A stretch of DNA of 64,000 nucleotides, taken from positions 186,001-250,000 of the forward strand of contig NIVC01000592.1 of NCBI GenBank assembly GCA_002269645.1, read 5' to 3'. Below are positions 37,007-47,900 of this stretch, one piece after another (positions within the stretch are counted from its first letter, which is position 1; each line of letters opens with the position of its first letter). The notes beneath the pieces were generated by a model, which was not told the DNA's origin, did no database searches, and worked only from the letters and a program-made list of their open reading frames with translations. Source of the stretch: Macrostomum lignano (Eukaryota). The translations under genes were made by a program, and so were the position numbers.

Positions 37007-38529
37007 ATGAACGACGCCGTAGACCCGGCGCTGGTCGCGCCGTCCCGTCACTGCCTGTACATCCGGGGCCTGCCGTCGCGCATCAAAGCCGACGAAGTTC
37101 GTCGCTACTTTATCGACAAAGAGGCCGACTGTTCCATCGATTTTTTCTCCTACACGGGCAGCCAGGCTGCGCTGAACATCGCCCTGCGATTCGATTCTCA
37201 CGAAGTTGCCAAGCAGATCATGCGCCGGTACAATGAGTCCGGCCTGCTCGGCTGCAAAGTCAGCATAGTCTGGTTCAAGGACATGATCCGCGCCCGGCAG
37301 CGGGTCCGGGCCGACCCGCAGCTGAGGGCTCGAGTTCAGCGGGCGCAGGAGGGCCGCGGACTCTCCGGCTCCCGGTCGCCGCCGCCCGCGCCTGGCTGGC
37401 GATTCGGACAGCAGGTGCGCGCCGACTCCAGCTTGGGGCCTCAGCCACCCTTGCCTCTTGTATTGTCTCACCTGTCTCTTTCCTGTCCCTCACCTGTCTC
37501 TTGCCTGTCCCTCACCTGTCTCTTGCCTGTCCCTCACCTGTCTTTTGCCTGTCCCTTGCCTGTCCCTTGCCTATCCCTTGCCTGTCTTTTGCCTGTCCCT
37601 CACCTGTCTCTTTCCTGTCCCTCACCTGTCTCTTTCCTGTCCCTCACCTGTCTCTTGTCTATCTCTCCCCTGTCCTTCACTTGTCTCTCACCTGTTCCTC
37701 ATTTTCCTTATAATACAATTGAGCAGTGACCTCAGTCCCTCCCTGTTGTCATTCTCCTATCTACAGCTGCACTACACGCGCCCACTGCAAAGTAATCCAG
37801 TGCCTCGTGTACCTCTATCCAACAAGACTCTCACATGCCTTCCGATCCCCCTCACCCGCTAAGCAGAACCGCAGTCGGTCTGGCAGCCAGCGCCGCCGCA
37901 GTCGCAGCCGCAGCCCGACCAGCCGCAGCCGCAGCCCCAGCAGGAGCAGCAGCACTCGAAGCGCCGCCCGTCGGGGCCCGCGCAGCCCGCCAGAGGAGGA
38001 CGAGGAGGCCGCGGCGACGTCAGCATCAGCGGCAAACAACGGCATCGACAATTCGAATGGCGGCGTCGAGCCCCGGCGGCTGGGACCGAGGTCTCCGCCA
38101 TCGCCGCCGCCCGTGTCTTCTCCGCCGCCTCCGCCTCCACCGTCGCCGCCGCCGCCAACAACATCGGCTCGGCCTTCGACATCGTCCTTGGCAACGCCGC
38201 TTCAGCCGCCGTCGTTGCCGCAGATGTCGCAGCCGCCGTTTTGCGACGCCGACAATCACGGCGTTAGCGCCGATGCCGGCGACGGCATCCTGCGTCTGGT
38301 GCGCGCCAAGAAGGCCGAATTGGAGCGAGCCTACAGGCAGGACTGCGACACCTTCGCTGTGGTGGCCAAAGTGCTGGTTAGCAAGAATTCCAGCTTGGAA
38401 GGCCCGGTGCGCGACGCTCTGCGCGAAGCTCTGCGCGACATTGGGCAGCACTGCGTGGAGGAGTTGCGCGAGTTCGCCCGCACTCTGGCCATCGCTCAGC
38501 AGCAGCGCCAGCCGGCTGGACAGCGATGA
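37007..38529 (+). CDS. PPHLN1: RRM + RS/Pro-rich + periphilin-like C-terminal domain protein, 2 exons, ~356 aa
   Basis: Exons 37007-37414 and 37867(or 37864)-38529, phase 0. N-terminal RRM-like fold (CLYIRGLPSRIKADEVRRYF..IALRF..AKQIMRRYN..LLGCKVSIVW), RS repeats, and C-terminal ELERAYRQDCDTFAVVAKVLVSKNSSLE..ALREALRDIGQHCVEELREF matching the periphilin-1 C-terminal domain as I recall it. Confidence 0.85.
37450..37700. repeat. 22-bp pyrimidine-rich array, periphilin-like intron
   Basis: CCTGTCTCTTGCCTGTCCCTCA variants. Confidence 0.9.
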
Positions 38530-39404
38530 CCTTGGCCGGAGTCCTTCCGTTATCTAAAATGCGATTATGTCATTTTGTGACTAAATTTATCAAGTTTTAC
38601 CAGCAATACCCTGATATTTCTACTGACTCAGTAGTCAACTGAGGATTTTTTATCGGTTTTTCCGTAGTTTTTTCTGTACAGCTCGGCTAATTACAATCAA
38701 GATTCATTCGTTTTTACATAATTTTGTAACCCGCCTAAAGCTAGCGGCCACAGAAGCACTTGCTGGCCTTTTTAACATCGGCAGTTTTTACCACTCAACT
38801 TGTCAACCTGTCGTTATTTGTGTTTCTATAGCTCTGTTTCATTCATATTCATTGCCCGAGTCCGAAAAACTGTGACAGCTGTGACCTGAATTCAAATCGG
38901 TGCGAGTTCATTCCAGCTACTGTTAGTAGCATGGGCTTGAAATTCTACATTCCCATCGTTATTAGGTGACATCACGCACTAATGACCCACCCAATCACCC
39001 CCCCCCCTAATATCCGACCCAATCATCCACTCCAAACCCACCCATTGACCCTAATAACCCAACTAATGACCCACTAATGACCCACCCAATCACCCACTCA
39101 AAACCCACCCAATGACCCACCTAATGACCCAACCGCAACCCTGATTTGTAAAAAATTTCCAATTTTTTGCATATAAACAATAATTAATCATTATCGTTTG
39201 TTAATCTTTCGCGATAAAAATAATGAATTCTGTTGTATCTCCATACTGTTTTTGTTTTGCTGTGTGATGTTTTTCTGATTTTGCTTTTTTTAGTAAAATG
39301 CTTCTTATTCCTGCGTGTTGTTTTCTCTGCCAAGGTGCGCGCATATTGCTTGATTCTCGGGCCTCAGCGGCTCCTCAGCACAAGGCAACGCTTAATAAAT
39401 TAAG

Positions 39405-39975
39405 CGTTGACACCCATCTCTGACTCCCATCTCTGACTCCCATCTCTGACTCCCATCTCTGACACCCATCTCTGACACACATCTCTGACTCCCATCTCTG
39501 ACACCCATCTCTGACACCCATCTCTGACTCCCATCTCTGACACCGATCTCTGACACCCATCTCTGACTCCCATCTCTGACTCCGATCTCTGACACCGATC
39601 TCTGACTCCCATTTCTGACACCCATCTCTGACACCCATCTCTGACTCCCATCTCTGACACCCATCTCTGACTCCCATCTCTGACACCCATCTCTGACTCC
39701 CATCTCTGACACCCATCTCTTACTCCCATCTCTGACACCGATCTCTGACTCCCATCTCTGACACCCATCTCTGACACCGATCTCTGACACCTATCTCTGA
39801 CTCCCATCTCTGACTCCGATCTCTGACACCGATCTCTGACTCCCATTTCTGACACCCATCTCTGACTCCCATCTCTGACACCCATCTCTGACTCATCTCT
39901 GACACCCATCTCTGACACCCATCTCTGACACCGATCTCTGACACCCATCTCTGACTCCCATCTCTGACACCCTTA
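39405..39975. repeat. 14-bp array (TCTGACWCCSATCTC variants)
   Basis: Direct reading. Confidence 0.95.
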
Positions 39976-40039
39976 CCCAACCCTCAGCTCCAGCAGCAGT
40001 GACAAACACCCGTGCCTAAAATTCCTGTTTCCAATCTGT

Positions 40040-40268
40040 TTCACTCATTCACCCATTCACCCATTCACTCATTCACTCATTCACCCATTTACTCATTCAC
40101 TTATTCACCCATTCACTCATTCACCCATTCACTCATTCACTCATTCACCCATTTACTCATTCACTCATTCACTCATTCACCCATTCACTCATTCACCCAT
40201 TCACTCATTCACTCATTCACCCATTTACTCATTCACTCATTCACTCATTCACCCATTTACTCATTCAC
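40040..40268. repeat. (CACTCATT/CACCCATT)n array
   Basis: Direct reading. Confidence 0.92.
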
Positions 40269-40914
40269 GGTGCTGGCTGCGGCCCGAAGCCAGCTCAGTG
40301 GCCGGCAGAGAATTTTCATATCTAACAATAATTCCTGATCCTAAGCGTTGTTGAATTAATAATGCCAAAAATTTTATCGTCTACAATTTTTTTACTATAC
40401 TACTGACAAGCCACTGTTGTGCCAATAGTCAGTGAATTGAAACTGTTGTTTTATAATCAAACTTAACTTTTATAGTGTTCTGTACTTTCGTTGTTACATT
40501 CTTAGAGTGTCGCTATTAGTGTAGATATTAGCTGCCTGAGCTGAGCCCGTCTTGCACTGTTTCAAAAATCGTTTTTTGCTGGTTTTTCTGTTTTTGCTCT
40601 TCTTTTGTCTGGTTTTTTCCGGACACGCCTGTACGAGTTTTTCGTGTTGCTGCTGTTTTTGGTACTTCAATTCATATTTAACCGCATTGGCAATTGAATT
40701 AGTTTTTGTGTGACAGCAGTATCTTGACAATTAAACTGTTTCATTTTAAACTTGCCTCCAAGTTCTTCAGTTTGAGGCTTTTTTTGGTGTAAAATGTTTG
40801 TTTGGCTTCTTTGTTGCTGGGTTGGTTGCTAGGCTAGCAACTATGTTGCTCGGATGGTTGTTAGTCTCACTTGTATATCTTGTATTTTAGCTTATATTTT
40901 GTATCTAAAGCTGA

Positions 40915-41470
40915 TGCTATGCGGTATCTAGGCTGTTGCTAGGCGGTATCTAGGCTGTTGCCAGGGCATATCTAAGGTGTTACTAGGCTGTTGCTAGGCA
41001 AGATCTTGGCTGTTGCTAGAAGGTATCTAGTCTGATGCCAGGCGGTATCTCAGGCTGTTGCTAGGCGGTATCTAGTCTGATGCCAGGCATCTCAGGCTGT
41101 TGCTAGGCGGTATCTAGTCTGATGCCAGGCATCTCAGGCTGTTGCTAGGCGGTATCTAGTCTGATGCCAGGCATCTCAGGCTGTTGCTAGGCGGTATCTA
41201 GTCTGATGCCAGGCATCTCAGGCGCTACTAGGCTGTTGCTAGGCGGTATCTAGTCTGATGCCAGGCGATATCTCAGGCGGTATCTAGTCTGATGCCAGGC
41301 GGTATCTCAGGCGGTATCTAGTCTGATGCCAGGCGGTATCTCAGGCGGTATCTAGTCTGATGCCAGGCGGTATCTCAGGCGCTACTAGGCTGTTGCTAGG
41401 TGGTATCTAGGCTGTTGCTAGGCGATGTCTTAGGCGGTGGCTAGGCTGCATCTAGGGCGTTACTAGGCTG
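40915..41470. repeat. Mosaic array of GGCTGTTGCTA / GGCGGTATCTA / GTCTGATGCCA blocks upstream of ZnT6
   Basis: Direct reading. Confidence 0.9.
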
Positions 41471-41554
41471 ATTCTAAACTATAATTTTGTTTCTACTCCA
41501 TTTTACTCCAATCGTTCCGTTGTTATGCCGTTGTTATGCCGTTGTTATGCGCAG

Positions 41555-44500
41555 GCAATTCTAGCGCTGCTGCACGAGCTCAGGGACGCCTACAGCAATG
41601 TAGTGGCATTTGTCAGGGAGCTGGCGGTGCAGCTGGCCATGCTGCAGGCCGAGGAGAAGCGGGCCAAGCGAATCCTGGCCGTTGGAGGCCTCCTGCTGAT
41701 CAGCGTGTGCCTGCTGACTGTGTGGGGCCACCTGAACCCGAGCATGACCCTGGGCGCCTTCACCTGCCTGCTGCTGTTTGACCTGTGCTACATCGGCGTC
41801 GCCCTGGTCAGCCTCTGGGTTGAGCGGCGCCAGCGCTGTCTGGCCTACACGTTCGGCTACGAGCGATTCGAAGTGCTGGCGGTGTTCGCCTCCCTGATGC
41901 TGGCCATCCTCGGCGTGTTCTTCGTGCTGAAGGAGTGCGTGGAGCGGGCCTTCGAACCGCCCGATGTCACGCCTAGCGGCCTGGCGCTTGGCGGCCTCGT
42001 TGGACTCGTGGTGCATCTAGTGGCTGTGTACAGGTGTGTGGGTTTCTGTTTGTGGCTGTGTACAGGTGTGTGGGTTTCTGTTTGTGGCTGTGTACAGGTG
42101 TGTGGGTTTCTGTTTGTGGCTGTGTACAAGTGTGTGGGTTTCTGTTTGTGGCTGTGTACAGGTGTGTGGGTTTCTGTTTGTGGCTGTGTACAGGTGTGTG
42201 GGTTTCTGTTTGTGGCTGTGTACAGGTGTGTGGGTTTCTGTTTGTGGCTGTGTACAGGTGTGTGGGTTTCTGTTTGTGGCTGTGTACAGGTGTGTGGGTT
42301 TCTGTTTGTGGCTGTGTACAGGTGTGTGGGTTTCTGTTTGTGGCTGTGTACAGGTGTGTGGGTTTCTGTTTGTGGCTGTGTACAGGTGTGTGGGTTTCTG
42401 TTTGTGGCTGTGTACAGGTGTGTGGGTTTCTGTTTGTGGCTGTGTACAGGTGTGTGGGTTTCTGTTTGTGGCTGTGTACAGGTGTGTGGGTTTCTGTTTG
42501 TGGCTGTGTACAGGTGTGTGGGTTTCTGTTTGTGGCTGTGTACAGGTGTGTGGGTTTCTGTTTGTGGCTGTGTACAGGTGTGTGGGTTTCTGTTTGTGGC
42601 TGTGTACAGGTGTGTGGGTTTCTGTTTGTGGCTGTGTACAGGTGTGTGGGTTTCTGTTTGTGGCTGTGTACAGGTGTGTGGGTTTCTGTTTGTGGCTGTG
42701 TACAGGTGTGTGGGTTTCTGTTTGTGGCTGTGTACAGGTGTGTGGGTTTCTGTTTGTGGCTGTGTACAGGTGTGTGGGTTTCTGTTTGTGGCTGTGTACA
42801 GGTGTGTGGGTTTCTGTTTGTGGCTGTGTACAGGTGTGTGGGTTTCTGTTTGTGGCTGTGTACAGGTGTGTGGGTTTCTGTTTGTGGCTGTGTACAGGTG
42901 TGTGGGTTTCTGTTTGTGGCTGTGTACAGGTGTGTGGGTTTCTGTTTGTGGCTGTGTACAGGTGTGTGGGTTTCTGTTTGTGGCTGTGTACAGGTGTGTG
43001 GGTTTCTGTTTGTGGCTGTGTACAGGTGTGTGGGTTTCTGTTTGTGGCTGTGTACAGGTGTGTGGGTTTCTGTTTGTGGCTGTGTACAGGTGTGTGGGTT
43101 TCTGTTTGTGGCTGTGTACAAGGCTGTAACAGTTGCGTATACCTTCACAGCCGCAGATTCCATTTATTGCCCAACCGTTCCCCCCCCACTCCAGCGTGGA
43201 GAACCCGGCCTACAATCACGTGATCGACGCCAGCACGTCCAGCTGGCTGCAGGAGCACGTGACTGACATCAGCGAGAGCCTGTGCCATCACGTGCCGGGC
43301 CTGAGCAAGCTGCTGCTGCCCAGGCTGAACCCCCTGGCCCTGCTGGGGGTGTCCTCGGCCATGTGCCTGTTCCTGGCCAGCTGCCTACTCGACGCCTACC
43401 AGTCCTCGCTGGCCGACATCACAATGGCCGTACTGGCCGCCTTCGTTGTCGTGGTGACCATGGCGCCAATGGCCGCCTACTGCGGCAAGATTCTGCTGCA
43501 GAGCACCCCGGCTCACCTGGTCGGCCAGCTGGACAAGGCGCTCGGCGAGGCCGCCACGCTTGACGGGGTGCTGGAGCTTCGCAAGGAGCGCACCTGGCTG
43601 ACCGGCTTCGGACAGCTCAACGGCTGCCTGCAGGTGAGGCCTATTTGATGTATTTTGTGTAGTTTATTCATGACTGTGTACAGGTCTGTGTGTTCTGTTC
43701 GTGTCTGTGTACAGGTCTGTTTATTTTATTCGTGTCTGTGTACAGGTCTGTGTACTCTATTCGTGTCTGTGTACAGGTCTGTGTACTCTATTCGCGTCTG
43801 TGTACAGATCTGTGTACTCTATTCGTGTCTGTGTACAGGTCTGTGTACTCTATTCGTGTCTGTGTACAGGTCTGTGTACTCTATTCGCGTCTGTGTACAG
43901 ATCTGTGTACTCTATTCGTGTCTGTGTACAGGTCTGTGTACTCTATTCGCGTCTGTGTACAGATCTGTGTACTCTATTCGTGTCTGTGTACAGGTCTGTG
44001 TACTCTATTCATGTCTGTGTACAGATAGGTACAGTGTATCCAATTAGTGACTGTCATTTTTCAGAAAATTTTTGCCATTTTTCGCCTATTTTCTGTTCGT
44101 AAAAATCTGCAAAAGCAGAGTAAATTCTAATCCCAACGTCCCAGGTTCGAGTCCGCCGCGACGCCTCCGAACAGCTTGTGCTGGCCCACGTGACCAACCG
44201 GCTGGCCCACCTGGTGCCCGGCCTCACAGTGCAGGTCTACAAAGATGACTGGAGCCGCGGCCTGCAGCCCTCCGCCAGCTGGGTGGCGCCCCGCTTCAAC
44301 CCGTTCGCCCCGCCCGCCGCCCCATCCGCAGCCGCCGCCTCCCACGCCGTCGCCCCAGCCTCCTCGGCTTCTTCATTTCTCGCCGGTTCTTCATCGCCAC
44401 ATCCGTCAGCAGCGTCGACCGCGGTGTCCGAGGCCAACCTGCCGGACCTGCTGCTGCCCGCCAGCTTCGCTCCGCCGAACCCCTTCACTAGCCACGCCGG

Positions 44501-44585
44501 GGTCAGCTTCATGCTGCCGCCGCCCCCGCCGCCTCCGCCGATGCCTCCGTCGACATCCAGTTCGACGTTTCATCAGCGCTACTAA
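41555..44585 (+). CDS. SLC30A6: Zinc transporter ZnT6 (CDF family), 3 exons found, ~450 aa; N-terminus uncertain
   Basis: Exons 41555-42033, 43195-43633, 44145-44585 (phases 2, 0). Motifs YTFGYERFEVLAVFAS, ASTSSWLQEHV, LLPRLNP, GKILLQSTPAHLVGQLDK, TLDGVLE, VRRDASEQLVLAHVTNRL, VQVYKDDW are ZnT6-type. The 5' end is an acceptor at 41554; the first in-frame ATG is 41639. Confidence 0.92.
42020..43120 (+). repeat. 32-bp array spanning the ZnT6 exon/intron 1 junction
   Basis: (GTGGCTGTGTACAG|GTGTGTGGGTTTCTGTTT)n, ~34 units. Confidence 0.98.
43672..44025. repeat. 31-bp array, ZnT6 intron 2
   Basis: (TGTGTACAGGTCTGTGTACTCTATTCGTGTC)n. Confidence 0.95.
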
Positions 44586-44970
44586 GCTGCATGACAATTG
44601 CCTCGCAATGCGCATATCCGGGGATGTACATATACACAGTGGGGCTTGCTTTTGTTCAGCTATTATGGTAACTATGCTGAGCCTTTTGGTGAATGGTTCT
44701 TGGACTGATTTAGCTCGTACAATATTATTACTTGCTGTCTCAATAAATCATTGATGAATAAATAATCTTGAGTTTTGTTGGTTGCGAAATTGTTTCACTG
44801 CTTTTATCTTTTTTTACTAGGCTAGTTATTTTCACCCTTAGTGATCAAGTTTAGTCATGTCTCCGTGATGCTTCAGTCATGCCTCAGTCATTAATCGCCT
44901 CAGTCATGCCTCAGTCATACCTGAATAGCCAGTTCAGTCATTAATTCCCTCGCCTATCGGCCACGTTCCA

Positions 44971-44984
44971 GTTGTCATGGCAAC
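44971..44984. promoter_or_regulatory. Candidate RFX X-box (GTTGTCATGGCAAC) centred on the PARG start codon
   Basis: 13/14 match to the palindromic X-box GTTGCCATGGCAAC; function untested. Confidence 0.35.
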
Positions 44985-47900
44985 GCCAGTCGCCCTACCA
45001 ACGGACCTGGCCAATTGGCCCAAGCTGAAGCGCCACCTGGAGGCCCTGAAGCGAATCGAGCCGAACCCTGAAGCGCTGGTGAAAGTGCTGGACGACCTGC
45101 ACGAGGAGTACATGCTGAACTACGTCAGCCCGGCCACGGGCGCCGGTTCCGCGCGCTCGTTTTTCACTGGACTGCGCCGGTTCATTGAGCAGCGCATGAG
45201 CGATGAGCAGCGCAAGCAGTTCTTCCAGGGCCTGCTGCCCTTCCTGGTGGACCGCGTGCTGGCCTTGGAGGCTGGCAGGGAGCCCCTGAACTACGCCTGC
45301 CAGCAGGAGGGTGAGATGCTCTCTGTGTGGTACAGCCTGTGCTTACAGCCTGTTTACAGACTGCACAGTGTGTTACAGCCTGTGCTTACAGACTGGACAG
45401 TGTGTTACAGCCTGTGCTTACAGACTGGACAGTGTGTTACAGCCTGTGCTTACAGACTGTTTATAGACAGGACAGTGTTACAGCCTGTGCTTACAGACTG
45501 TTTACCGACAGGACAGTGTTACAGCCTTTGCTTACAGACTGGACAGTGTGTTACAGCCTGTGCTTACAGACTGGACAGTGTGTTACAGTCTTTGCTTACA
45601 GCCTGTTTACAGACTGGACAGTGTGTTACAGCCTGCGCTTACAGACTGGACAGTGTGTTACAGCCTGCGCTTACAGACTGGACAGTGTGTTACAGTCTGC
45701 TTACAGCCTGTTTACAGACTGGACAGTGTGTTACAGCCTGTGCTTACAGACTGGACAGTGTGTTACAGTCTGCTTACAGCCTGTTTACAGACTGGACAGT
45801 GTGTTACAGCCTGTGCTTACAGACTGGACAGTGTGTTACAGCCTGTGCTTACAGACTTGACAGTGTGTTACAGCCTGAATACTGTACAGAGTATACCAGT
45901 CTAACAGTTAAATAATCCCAACCAAAATCCCTAGCCTCGGTCACTGTGCTAAGTCGCGAGTTCGTATCCTCGCTATTGTCGGCCGCGTTCCTCTGCGTGA
46001 TGCCGCAGCACCCCAAGGACCTGGCCATCAGCATGTCCGCCAACGGCTTTCCCGCCTTCTTCGCCGCCATTCAGGAAGCGTGAGCGATTTTTCACAGTAT
46101 TTTCTAGTGTATTACTATAAGTAGAGCAGTGAAGGATTTGCTGCTAATAATTTCTGCTGCAGGACTCCGCACCAAGCAGAGAAGCTGCAATGCGTTCTCA
46201 GCTACTTCGAACGGCTGCAGCGGGAGGGCCTGCCCGCCGGCAAGCTGGTTGTCGCCCGCTCCGTCTTGCCGTCCAAGGAGCTGCTGACCTCCGCCAAGCT
46301 GGCCGCCAGCTCCCACCCGCTCTGCCGCTTGCTGGTGGAGCCCGAGGCCTCCATGAAGGACGCCGACACCAACCTGCTGCATGTCTGCTTTGGCAACAGC
46401 TTCCTGGGCGGCGGGGTGCTCTTGACTGGCGTGTTGCAGGTGCGTCTTCTGCTTCTCATCCCCTCCCATCTCATCCCCTCCGATCTCATCCCCTCCCATC
46501 TCATCCCCTCCGATCTCATCCCCTCCCATCTCATCCCCTCCGATCTCATCCCCTCCCATCTCATCCCCTCCCATCTCATCCCCTTCCACCTGATCCCCTC
46601 CCATCTCATCCCCTCCCATCTCATCCCCTCCGATCTCATCCCCTTCCATCTCATCCCCTCCGATCTCATCCCCTCCCATCTCATCCCCTCCGATCTCATC
46701 CCCTCCGATCTCATCCCCTCCCATCTCATCCCCTTCCATCTCATCCCCTCCGATCTCATCCCCTCCCATCTCGTCCCCTCCGATCTCATCCCCTCCCATC
46801 TCATCCCCTCCCATCTCATCCCCTCCCATCTCATCCCCTTCCACCTGATCCCCTCCCATCTCATCCCCTCCCATCTCATCCCCTCCCATCTCATCCCCTC
46901 CCATCTCATCCCCTCCCATCTCATCCCCTTCCACCTCATCCCCTTCCATCTCATCCCCTCCCATCTCATCCCCTCCGATCTCATCCCCTCCCATCTCATC
47001 CCCTCCCATCTCATCCCCTCCGATCTCATCCCCTCCCATCTCATCCCCTCCCATCTCATCCCCTCCCATCTCATCCCCTCCGATCTCATCCCCTCCCATC
47101 TCATCCCCTCCCATCTCATCCCCTCCGATCTCATCCCCTCCGATCTCATCCCCTCCGATCTCATCCCCTCCCATCTCATCCCCTCCCATCTCATCCCCTC
47201 CGATCTCATCCCCTCCCATCTCATCCCCTCCCATCTCATCCCCTCCGATCTCATCCCCTCCGATCTCATCCCCTCCGATCTCATCCCCTCCTATCTCATC
47301 CCCTCCCATCTCATCCCCTCCCATCTCATCCCCTCCGATCTCATCCCCTCCCATCTCATCCCCTCCCATCTCATCCCCTCCCATCTCATCCCCTCCCATC
47401 TCATCCCTTCCATCTCATCCCCTCCCATCTCATCCCCTCCCATCTCATCCCCTCTTATCTCATCCCCTCCCATCTCATCCCCTCCCATCTCATCCCCTCT
47501 CATCTCATCCCCTCCCATCTCATCCCCTTCCACCTGATCCCCTCCCATCTCATCCCATCCCATCTCATCCCCTCCGATCTCATCCCCTCCGATCTCATCT
47601 CCTCCCATCTCATCCCCTCCCATCTCATCCCCTCCCATCTCATCCCCTCCCATCTCATCCCCTCCCATCTCATCCCCTTCCACCTCATCCCCTTCCATCT
47701 CATCCCCTCCCATCTCATCCCCTCCCATCTCATCCCCTTCCACCTCATCCCCTTCCATCTCATCCCCTCCCATCTCATCCCCTCCCATCTCATCCCCTCC
47801 GATCTCATCCCCTCCCATCTCATCCCCTCCCATCTCATCCCCTCCGATCTCATCCCCTCCCATCTCATCCCCTCCCATCTCATCCCCTCCCATCTCATCC

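Noticed and set aside
40494-40730. 78-aa Lys-rich minus-strand ORF
   Set aside because: Short, in an AT-rich low-complexity region, with no splice or homology support.
41525-43266. 395-534 aa Cys/Val-rich ORFs
   Set aside because: Read-through of ZnT6 intron 1; the spliced model restores the ZnT6 alignment.
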